From positions 1 to 31,462 of IMG/VR virus record IMGVR_UViG_3300036987_000047: a DNA stretch of 31,462 nt, one strand, 5' to 3'. This document shows positions 1 through 6,042 of the stretch, one piece after another. The notes below the pieces were generated by a model. It was not told the origin of the DNA, ran no database searches, and saw only the letters and a program-made list of their open reading frames with translations. How positions within the stretch are numbered: position 1 is the stretch's first letter; each line of letters starts with the position of its first letter. The stretch comes from a virus (Duplodnaviria; Caudoviricetes). The position numbers and the translations under genes were made by a program.

Positions 1-47
1 GCGCATGGGTTGTGAGCCTTGATCTGTGCGAGTGTAGTCTTGAGCAT
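1..47 (-). CDS. N-terminal fragment of first early-left gene (MLKTTLAQIKAHNPC...), runs off window start
   Basis: ATG at 47 after a G9 tract (51-59 on minus). The TTLxxIxAHxPC start resembles a common phage hypothetical family with Ala/Trp-rich repeats that ends in ...E.xWQ..L..M; recalled from memory. Confidence 0.6.
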   Translation of the reverse strand, partial: MLKTTLAQIKAHNPC

Positions 48-96
48 AATCCCCCCCCCGATGTTGTTGTGCGCTTCCGCGCTTGGGCCAATCCTG

Positions 97-313
97 TTCG
101 CAGTCATGGATTAGGGCGCGGGCCGGGCTTGATTCCGGCTAGCCGTGTACTTTGGCGCTATTACCAAGCCCCGCTTAACCGATCCTGTCGGTGCGCTTGC
201 CTGACTTAGCGTGTCCCTCCACGCCGCCGCGCCCTAGCCAGCAACACGCGGGGCGCTTCGCGTCCCTGGGAGTCGATGATCGTCCCCCGTGCTGCTGGCT
301 CCACGACTGCGAA
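97..313 (-). ncRNA. Large structured RNA: 14-bp closing helix enclosing a three-way-junction domain (299-237) and a tRNA-like domain (236-112)
   Basis: UUCGCAGUCGUGGA (313-300) pairs with UCCAUGACUGCGAA (110-97). Inner helices GCCAGCAGCACG/CGUGUUGCUGGC and UAGGGCGCGG/CCGCGCCCUA abut with 0-1 unpaired nt. The mismatches are G-U only on the minus strand. Confidence 0.7.
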
Positions 314-322
314 TCAAAGAGC
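314..322 (-). promoter_or_regulatory. boxA-like antitermination element
   Basis: GCTCTTTGA on minus versus lambda/rrn boxA (T/C)GCTCTTTA; lies in the early-left leader. Confidence 0.4.
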
Positions 323-337
323 TGTTTACGAAATGTG

Positions 338-364
338 GGGCCTTTTAAGGTCATGCCCAGGACC
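338..364 (-). ncRNA. Small H-type pseudoknot
   Basis: GGUC-CUGGGCAU-GACC-UUAAAAG-GCCC: stem GGUC/GACC, and loop GGGC pairs with downstream GCCC across an A-rich linker. Confidence 0.5.
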
Positions 365-422
365 GTAAAAGGGCTCGTGATGGAGCCATGTTACCCGTCG
401 AGTGCGTTAGCTCGCCAGCTTT

Positions 423-443
423 TTAGCCCTTCGGTATTCTCAT
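423..443 (-). CDS. 6-codon leader ORF MRIPKG*
   Basis: AGGAGG (453-448) lies 4 nt before ATG 443; TAA at 425-423. Confidence 0.35.
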   Translation of the reverse strand: MRIPKG

Positions 444-496
444 GAGGCCTCCTGTCTCCTGGGCTCATTTCTGTACGCCGCGATTGGCGTCGAGGT

Positions 497-526
497 AGAT
501 AGACCACAAACTTTCGGGAGAGTCAA
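497..526 (-). promoter_or_regulatory. Putative leftward early promoter
   Basis: TTGACT (526-521), TGTGG 12 nt later, then weak -10-like TCTATCT; faces the structured leader. Confidence 0.45.
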
Positions 527-570
527 CCCGCTTTGGGCAATTATTTTTAAAAAGTTTACCCGCAATGGGC

Positions 571-599
571 TTGACTATGCTCCCGGCATGTGGCAAACA
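571..599 (+). promoter_or_regulatory. Putative rightward promoter for the Cro-like gene
   Basis: TTGACT (571-576), TGTGG 12 nt later, AT-rich tract 539-557 upstream; -10 is poor. Confidence 0.4.
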
Positions 600-605
600 A
601 GGCCC

Positions 606-806
606 ATGAACATCAAAGAAGACCTCACCAACTATTTCCATCGGACAGGGACAGGGCCGAAAGACTTGGCTGTGCTCATCGGTTTGAAGCGGTGGCAGTA
701 CATCGCCCGCGTGTTGTCCGGTGAGCGCAAAGGGTTCGGCCCGGAGCTGCTGGCGAAGGTCGGCGCGGTGATCTACCAACGCAAGGCTTATGGCCGCCGG
801 GCATAA
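606..806 (+). CDS. Cro-like XRE/HTH transcriptional regulator
   Basis: 66 aa with HTH pattern PKDLAVLIGLKRWQYIARVLSGER; first gene of the rightward operon at a divergent promoter. Confidence 0.7.
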   Translation: MNIKEDLTNYFHRTGTGPKDLAVLIGLKRWQYIARVLSGERKGFGPELLAKVGAVIYQRKAYGRRA

Positions 807-831
807 TCGTGGACGAACAGGAGGGGAAGTC

Positions 832-891
832 GTGAGCGCCCTTACATGGAGCGCGGTCGCCAAAACAATTTTACAAGCGAGGAAGCAATGA
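832..891 (+). CDS. Small hypothetical peptide (19 aa)
   Basis: GGAGGGG SD, GTG start, ATGA overlap with the next ORF. Confidence 0.35.
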   Translation: MSALTWSAVAKTILQARKQ

Positions 892-1094
892 ATCTTGCAA
901 ATTCCTGCCTGACGTGCCCCTACGAGCCCAAGTGGGGTGAAGCCGTTCCGTCCTGCACCGACACGGCTCCGTTTTCTTTTTGCCGTCGTCCGCCCAGGAG
1001 CAGCGACAAGAAGCCCTTCATCCCCCCCCTCGTGAGGCATGACATGGCGCTATACGGGTGCAGCATCAGGCGTCCAAAGGCCACGGCTACGTAG
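888..1094 (+). CDS. Small Cys-rich hypothetical protein
   Basis: GAGG SD before ATG 888; CLTCPY...C...C motif. Confidence 0.55.
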   Translation: MNLANSCLTCPYEPKWGEAVPSCTDTAPFSFCRRPPRSSDKKPFIPPLVRHDMALYGCSIRRPKATAT

Positions 1095-1096
1095 CC

Positions 1097-1228
1097 GTGG
1101 CCTCCAAACGCGCCCAGCGCCGCAAGATCATCCTGCGTTTGCGATTCCCAGACAACGCGGAGAAGCTGCCGGGACATTTCAACCAGGCGCGTGTGCTGAA
1201 ACAGAATTACCGCCTGGATTCGATGTGA
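1097..1228 (+). CDS. Small basic hypothetical protein (MASKRAQRRK..., 43 aa)
   Basis: GTG start 2 nt after the previous stop; fills the operon gap. Confidence 0.4.
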   Translation: MASKRAQRRKIILRLRFPDNAEKLPGHFNQARVLKQNYRLDSM

Positions 1229-1267
1229 GCACCCCGTGCGCTACCTGACGCCAGGCAAAGTGCTCCC

Positions 1268-1297
1268 TTGACATCCGCGTCGGGATTGGGGCATGGT
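1268..1297 (+). promoter_or_regulatory. Sigma70-type promoter upstream of the HNH/replication operon
   Basis: TTGACA-N18-CATGGT; predicted start about 1304. Confidence 0.55.
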
Positions 1298-1303
1298 GAG
1301 CGG

Positions 1304-1455
1304 GCGAGTCTAATTCTTAACCTGTGAGTGTGTCTTATGTCCTCAAATTTCCGTATCCTCCCTGAGCCTGGCTGGCGGCCAAGCATCCAAAATCACCTCG
1401 CAGTGAGTTGGACTCGCAAGCATGGGGGATACGGAATTTCTTTTGAGGTGCGCAC
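1304..1455 (+). promoter_or_regulatory. Structured leader with alternative helices (c4/IsrK/P4-CI-like architecture)
   Basis: GCGAGTCTAATTC (1304-1316) pairs with GAGTTGGACTCGC (1405-1417). CCTCAAA..TTCCGTATCCTCC (1341-1361) pairs with GGGGGATACGGAA..TTTGAGG (1424-1448), covering the SD of the HNH gene. Confidence 0.6.
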
Positions 1456-1459
1456 ATGA
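1337..1459 (+). CDS. 40-aa leader ORF translationally coupled to the HNH gene
   Basis: Open frame MSSNFRILPEPGWRPSIQNHLAVSWTRKHGGYGISFEVRT* ending in an ATGA overlap with 1456. Confidence 0.45.
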   Translation: MSSNFRILPEPGWRPSIQNHLAVSWTRKHGGYGISFEVRT

Positions 1460-1965
1460 AAACAATCCCCTTGACCAAAGGCTATTCCGCCATCGTTGAC
1501 GAGGAGGACTACGAGCGTGTTGCCGCGCACAAATGGTGCGCTGCCGTTGAGCACAGGGCCGATGGGAGCGAAAGGGTGTACGTCCAGCGCAGCGCCAGGA
1601 AACATGGCCGTGGTCAGGTGACGGAAAAGCTGCACAGATTCATCATAAACGCACCAGACGGATTGCAGGTTGACCATATCAACGGGAACCCGCTAGACAA
1701 CCGCCGTGAGAATATGCGGCTCTGCACGACATCCGAGAATACGCGCAATCAGCGGGCTGGAATGGGCGGAATATCGGCGTTCAAGGGCGTATGTTATCAC
1801 AAGGCGTCCGCCAAGTGGCTGGCGTATATTAAGGTCAACGCAAAACAGAAGCACCTGGGCCAGTTCGCCGACGAGACCGACGCCGCCCGCGCATACGATG
1901 CCGCAGCCATCAAACACTTTGGCGAGTTTGCGCGCATCAACTTCCCCGGCGGTGCCTGCCAATGA
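1456..1965 (+). CDS. HNH endonuclease with C-terminal AP2 DNA-binding domain
   Basis: VDHINGNPLDNRRENMR..T.SEN..N (HNH_3) and FKGV.....KW.A.I......LG.F.....AARAYD.AA (AP2). Confidence 0.9.
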   Translation: MKTIPLTKGYSAIVDEEDYERVAAHKWCAAVEHRADGSERVYVQRSARKHGRGQVTEKLHRFIINAPDGLQVDHINGNPLDNRRENMRLCTTSENTRNQRAGMGGISAFKGVCYHKASAKWLAYIKVNAKQKHLGQFADETDAARAYDAAAIKHFGEFARINFPGGACQ

Positions 1966-2807
1966 GGTGGTTTAAACATCTTTCGCGCTCCCATCTTGAC
2001 ACTTCCCTGTGTCGGCTCATGGACGAATTTGGCCTGGAGGGTTATGGCGCATATTGGCTTTTGCTTGAGGCAATTGCCGAGCAATGCGACGATTCCGACA
2101 ACGTGACAATCTCAATGTCTCCCCAAAACTGGCGCAAAGTTTTGCCATTCTATCCCCAAAGATTGGCAAAGTTTGCCCAATGTTTGGGTAATCTTCAGCT
2201 TTTCTCGGTCGAAGTTTCAAATTCATTGATTACAATATCATGTCCTAAACTGCTTAAATACCGTGATGAATACACTGACCGCAAGTCTAAAAAATCGGGA
2301 GTTTGTCGGGAGAAAGTATTGCCTAGATCAGATATAGAGCAGAGCAGAGTAGAACAGAAGAAGAGAAAGGCATTAGTCTCTGAAGACAGAGACTCGTTGT
2401 CGGGTGCTTCGCACACCGACCCTGCGCGCGCTCAAAAGCGCCCCAACTGCCCATACGCCGAAATCGTTTCCGCCTACCACGAATGCCTGCCGCAGCTCCC
2501 CCCTGTTGTGTCGCTCGGCACAACGGCCAAGGCAACGCTGCGCGCCAGGTGGACCGAGGACAAAAAGCACCAAACACTGGACTTTTGGCGGGAAATGTTC
2601 TCGTCCGTCTCCGTTTCCGACTTCCTCATGGGCCGGGTCAAAGAGTGGCGCTGCCCAGGGCTGCTCTGGATCATCGGCCCGAAGAACTTCGCCAAGATCG
2701 TCAACGGCCACTACGCCAACCACGTCACGCGCACCGGATCAACACTCACGGACGCCAACGCCCGCGCTGGACAAGCGTGGCTTGAAGATCAGGAGGCAGT
2801 CCAATGA
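1962..2807 (+). CDS. Phage replication initiator (DUF4373/Lin1244-like N-terminus, lambda O analogue)
   Basis: MRWFKH...LMDEFGLEGYGAYWLLLEAIAE start, purine-rich linker, conserved-looking C-terminal helical domain; followed by a loader-like gene. Confidence 0.75.
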   Translation: MRWFKHLSRSHLDTSLCRLMDEFGLEGYGAYWLLLEAIAEQCDDSDNVTISMSPQNWRKVLPFYPQRLAKFAQCLGNLQLFSVEVSNSLITISCPKLLKYRDEYTDRKSKKSGVCREKVLPRSDIEQSRVEQKKRKALVSEDRDSLSGASHTDPARAQKRPNCPYAEIVSAYHECLPQLPPVVSLGTTAKATLRARWTEDKKHQTLDFWREMFSSVSVSDFLMGRVKEWRCPGLLWIIGPKNFAKIVNGHYANHVTRTGSTLTDANARAGQAWLEDQEAVQ

Positions 2808-3454
2808 CCGACGCCGACAAAAAAGAGTTTTTGACCCTGATGATGGGCGTTGCCGAGAACTTCACGGCGCAGCTTTCCAAGCCGGGCATAGCCATGCGGT
2901 TTGACGCCCTGCGCGAGTACCCTATTGAGCAGGTGCGCGAAACCTGCGCAGCCATCGTGCGCGCCAGGAAATTTCTCAAGATGCCGACCGTCGCCGAGTT
3001 CATGGAGTTCCTGGGCGGCGGGAGCGCAGAAGACATCGGAGCCGTCGAGGCCGCGAAAGTCCTCCATGCCGTCAAGTCCATCGGCGGGTACCGCTCCGTG
3101 GCCTTCGACAACCCCGTCACTCAAGCTGTTGTCGAATACACATTCGGGGGCTGGGTCAAACTTTGCGGAGAACTCACCGCCGACACTGAAAAGTGGTTTT
3201 TGAAGGATTTTGTTAAGTCTTACGGCGCGTACTCGCGCCAAGGTATCCAGCACGTCGGCACCTTGGCCGGGCGCACCGAGATCGGCAACGGCGCGCGGGG
3301 CCTGGCCCACAAGGCCCAGGTTGCCCTTGTCGGGGATCAGCAAAAGGCGCTGGCGATAGCGCAGAGCGGCGAGGGGCAAGAGCGCGTGGACAGTCCCATG
3401 TGCATCGGGTCAGGGCTTGCAGAATTGTTCGGGCGGATCGAAGCCGACCACTAA
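2804..3454 (+). CDS. DUF6475-type protein, putative helicase loader/inhibitor (lambda P/G39P position)
   Basis: MTDADKKEF...DALREYPIEQV...MPTVAEF, SVAFDNPV, GGWVKLC; ATGA-coupled to the initiator. Confidence 0.65.
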   Translation: MTDADKKEFLTLMMGVAENFTAQLSKPGIAMRFDALREYPIEQVRETCAAIVRARKFLKMPTVAEFMEFLGGGSAEDIGAVEAAKVLHAVKSIGGYRSVAFDNPVTQAVVEYTFGGWVKLCGELTADTEKWFLKDFVKSYGAYSRQGIQHVGTLAGRTEIGNGARGLAHKAQVALVGDQQKALAIAQSGEGQERVDSPMCIGSGLAELFGRIEADH

Positions 3455-3517
3455 AACAACGCCACCTGATGGAAAACGGCAACCGTGTCTCAGCGTGACC
3501 GAATGGAGGATTGAGAG

Positions 3518-3880
3518 ATGAGAAAATACAAATGCTTGGACTGCCAGGTTGAGGCATGGCGACCGCGCAATGGGCCGTGCTTCGTTTGCGGCGGTGTCAA
3601 CGTCGAGCAATCCGAGCAATCGCGGGAATACGACCGGATGAAGAACGCTGCCAAGGCCGTGCGGCGCGGGACTGCCAGAACGGTTCGCAAGGCCGAGTAC
3701 GAGTACCGGCGCAAGATGAGCCTGCGGGAGCTAGGGCGGGGGCCGACGCCTGACCCTTTCGCTGGAGAGGCCGCGCAAGGAGTTCTTTGGGCGCATGCCT
3801 GGGCTGGCCTCGATCCACTCCCTGCTGGCGACTACCCGGCGAGGTTCAAGCAGCCCAGCAACTCGGGACATGCAGCATAG
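3518..3880 (+). CDS. Zn-ribbon hypothetical protein
   Basis: CLDC...CFVCGG at the N-terminus; GGAGG upstream. Confidence 0.6.
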   Translation: MRKYKCLDCQVEAWRPRNGPCFVCGGVNVEQSEQSREYDRMKNAAKAVRRGTARTVRKAEYEYRRKMSLRELGRGPTPDPFAGEAAQGVLWAHAWAGLDPLPAGDYPARFKQPSNSGHAA

Positions 3881-3906
3881 ACAACATGCCGTTTTAGGAG
3901 GGAACC

Positions 3907-4275
3907 ATGAGTAAGACCACAGCCCCCCGCCCCACGCTCCCCGAAGTGCGGGAGGCGATGAAACAGCTTGAGGGCGAGCTCGAGTACAAGACCGTCCAGC
4001 ATTGCGCCCCTGCTATCCGCACACTCATGGCCTACATCGCGCAGTTGGAGGCCAAGTCCGCGCCGTTGCCGGGGGAGGTGGTTAGGTATGAGCCAATTGT
4101 CAATGGCGACAACGGAGTTCTGCCACATCCCGATGGTGCTTATGTCCTCTACTCCGACCACGAAGCCGCCGTCCGCGACCTGGCCGAGGTCGCGCTTGCC
4201 CGCGTCATCAGGGAACGTGACGCCTTCCGCGCCGCCCTCGCGGCGGCCAGCCCGAAGGGCGGGGATGGGGAATGA
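3907..4275 (+). CDS. Ead-like hypothetical protein
   Basis: GGAGG SD; VVRY...DGAYVLYSDHEA motif typical of small ead-region proteins. Confidence 0.6.
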   Translation: MSKTTAPRPTLPEVREAMKQLEGELEYKTVQHCAPAIRTLMAYIAQLEAKSAPLPGEVVRYEPIVNGDNGVLPHPDGAYVLYSDHEAAVRDLAEVALARVIRERDAFRAALAAASPKGGDGE

Positions 4276-4727
4276 GCGTCCTCCCTTCCCGCATGACCGC
4301 CGCCGAGTATCGCGAGTACCGCCTTTTCGGCAAGCTTCCCGCCGAGAAATCGGCCATACCCGCCACGGCTTATGGGCTACCACAGAAATCCACCCCCACG
4401 CCCGGCCGGGTGACGAAGGCCGCCGACGGCATGAACAAGCTGGAGCGCGCCTACTCCGTTGAGCTGGAGAACCAGCGCCTGGCCGGGCTGATCTCGTCGT
4501 GGAAGTTCGAGGCGATGAAGCTGCGCCTGGCCAACCGCACCACCTACTCGCCGGACTTCTTCGTCGTGCTGCCCGACGGCCGCATGGAGCACCACGAGAC
4601 CAAGGGATTCATGCGCGACGATGCGCACGTGAAGCTCAAGGTTGCCGCCAGCCAGTTCCCCATGTTCACTTTCCGGCTCGTCAAGCGCAAGGCCGGGGCC
4701 TGGATCATCACGGAGGTTAAGCGGTGA
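4272..4727 (+). CDS. DUF1064-like PD-(D/E)XK endonuclease
   Basis: MNKLERAY...FE..KL.LA....YSPDF.V......HETKG...DA.VKLK. Confidence 0.75.
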   Translation: MSVLPSRMTAAEYREYRLFGKLPAEKSAIPATAYGLPQKSTPTPGRVTKAADGMNKLERAYSVELENQRLAGLISSWKFEAMKLRLANRTTYSPDFFVVLPDGRMEHHETKGFMRDDAHVKLKVAASQFPMFTFRLVKRKAGAWIITEVKR

Positions 4728-4879
4728 TCCGCTTCTTGTTTCCCCTCTTTCTCGTCGCCGTCGCCGTCTGCTGTCTGATCGCCTATCTACGCGCAGAGGC
4801 CGAGGTTGAAGGCGCGCAGTGGAACGCCACGTGCGCCACGATCGAGGCGGGGATACCCCCCAGGAGGGACGCGAGGTGA
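4724..4879 (+). CDS. Small membrane protein (51 aa)
   Basis: GGAGG SD, GTGA overlaps at both ends, hydrophobic N-terminus FLFPLFLVAVAVCCLIAYL. Confidence 0.55.
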   Translation: MIRFLFPLFLVAVAVCCLIAYLRAEAEVEGAQWNATCATIEAGIPPRRDAR

Positions 4880-5250
4880 GCAAGGCCCGGAAAAGACCGC
4901 AAGCGCTGTGTATCGACTGCGGGCGGTTCCTGCCTATCAGGGCCAAGGGGCGGTGCGCGTGCTGTGATACCAGGATGCGCAGGGGCCAAGCCAAGCTCGG
5001 CGGCGGGAGGGAGATTGCCACTACGTCCACCGCCCCGCTTATTTCCAGCCTGCTGACGCTGGGCCAGATAGACGCGATGCTGGCGCGTGGAGTCAACCGC
5101 CAAGTGCTTTATCAAAGCGCCACGGTCCTTGTGGAAAGCGTCCTGGACCCGCGCACCGGGCTTGAAGTCAACCAACTCACCTGCGTGGGCAATAGCTGGC
5201 CCGATCCGCCGCTTGCTGCGGTGCTGCGGGCAGAGGGAGACGCAACATGA
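4876..5250 (+). CDS. Zn-finger hypothetical protein
   Basis: GTG at 4876 after GGAGG; CIDCGR...GRCACC motif. Confidence 0.55.
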   Translation: MSKARKRPQALCIDCGRFLPIRAKGRCACCDTRMRRGQAKLGGGREIATTSTAPLISSLLTLGQIDAMLARGVNRQVLYQSATVLVESVLDPRTGLEVNQLTCVGNSWPDPPLAAVLRAEGDAT

Positions 5251-5753
5251 AAGAGATTCCCTTAACTCGCGGCTACGCAGCTCTAGTCGATGACGAAGAT
5301 TTTGACCGTGTAGTAGCCCATAAGTGGCATGCGTTGGTGAACACCAGGGCCGACGGCAGCGTGCGGGTGTACGGCCAACGAAGCGTCAGAAATCCCGGCG
5401 GAGATAGGACTGCGCAGATGCTCCACAGGTTCATCATGAGCGCTCCTGATGGTGTGCAGGTTGACCATATCAACGGCAATCCGCTGGATAACCGCAGAGC
5501 AAACATGCGCGATTGCACCAACGCAGAGAACCGCCGAAACATGCGGCCACGGACTGGCGGAACGTCCGCGTACAAGGGGGTGTGCTGGCACAAGGGACAC
5601 GCGAAATGGGCGGCGGAGCTAATGGCTAACAGGAAGAAGAAGTTTCTGGGATATTTCACATCCGAACAGGAAGCCTCCCACGCATATGACATTGCCGCGC
5701 AGAAGTACCACGGACAGTTTGCCCGTTTAAATCGTGTGGAAGTAGCGACATGA
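5247..5753 (+). CDS. Second HNH-AP2 endonuclease
   Basis: Same HNH_3 and AP2 motifs; colinear paralogue of 1456-1965. Confidence 0.9.
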   Translation: MKEIPLTRGYAALVDDEDFDRVVAHKWHALVNTRADGSVRVYGQRSVRNPGGDRTAQMLHRFIMSAPDGVQVDHINGNPLDNRRANMRDCTNAENRRNMRPRTGGTSAYKGVCWHKGHAKWAAELMANRKKKFLGYFTSEQEASHAYDIAAQKYHGQFARLNRVEVAT

Positions 5754-5817
5754 TTAAGGAAGAATTCCCGCCCACCCTGCCGCCGATGGACTGGCCGCCG
5801 AAACGCAAGGAGTCCTG

Positions 5818-6042
5818 ATGCCTGAACCGCACATTCCCTGCCCCCTGTGCCCCGGCTCCATCAAAGTCCGCAAGTCGGGGCCGCTCCTGGCCGAAGACCG
5901 GACAGGCCTGCTCGTGCGCGAATGCCTGGTGGAGTGCTCCGGCTGCGGCCGCAAGGGCAAGATGCTCGTGACGCTCGACGTGGGGCTTTATCTCGACTCC
6001 GGTCTACGTGTAGACCGGACCCTATTGAACCCACCCGGATAA
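5818..6042 (+). CDS. Ogr/Delta-like Zn-finger protein, putative late transcription activator
   Basis: CPLC..S..VRKS...RE..VEC..CG pattern, 74 aa, directly before the lysis/late operon. Confidence 0.55.
   Translation: MPEPHIPCPLCPGSIKVRKSGPLLAEDRTGLLVRECLVECSGCGRKGKMLVTLDVGLYLDSGLRVDRTLLNPPG

Noticed and set aside
112-236. Twister ribozyme (GCCGG-AAUC-AAGC-CCGGC and GUGGAGGG resemble twister P4/L4 and its 3' strand)
   Set aside because: The loop lacks the UCCC needed to pair with GAGGG, and there is no room for P1/P2 around the UAA; a tRNA-like fold explains the pairings better.
112-236. Canonical tRNA or tmRNA gene
   Set aside because: No 7-nt anticodon loop in position, no UUCRA T loop, no NCCA directly after the acceptor stem, and too short for tmRNA with a tag ORF.
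12-445. Plus-strand ORFs 12-209 and 191-445, and a cI gene left of the divergent promoter
   Set aside because: No SD, no protein motifs, and they are antisense to the structured leader; no HTH/S24 ORF exists on the minus strand here.
191-1249. Possible antisense pairing of the tRNA-like insert (GUCAGG-CA-AGCGCAC) with GTGCGCT-A-CCTGAC at 1236-1249
   Set aside because: 13 matched bases with an internal loop is roughly what chance would give in a genome this size; unsupported without covariation.
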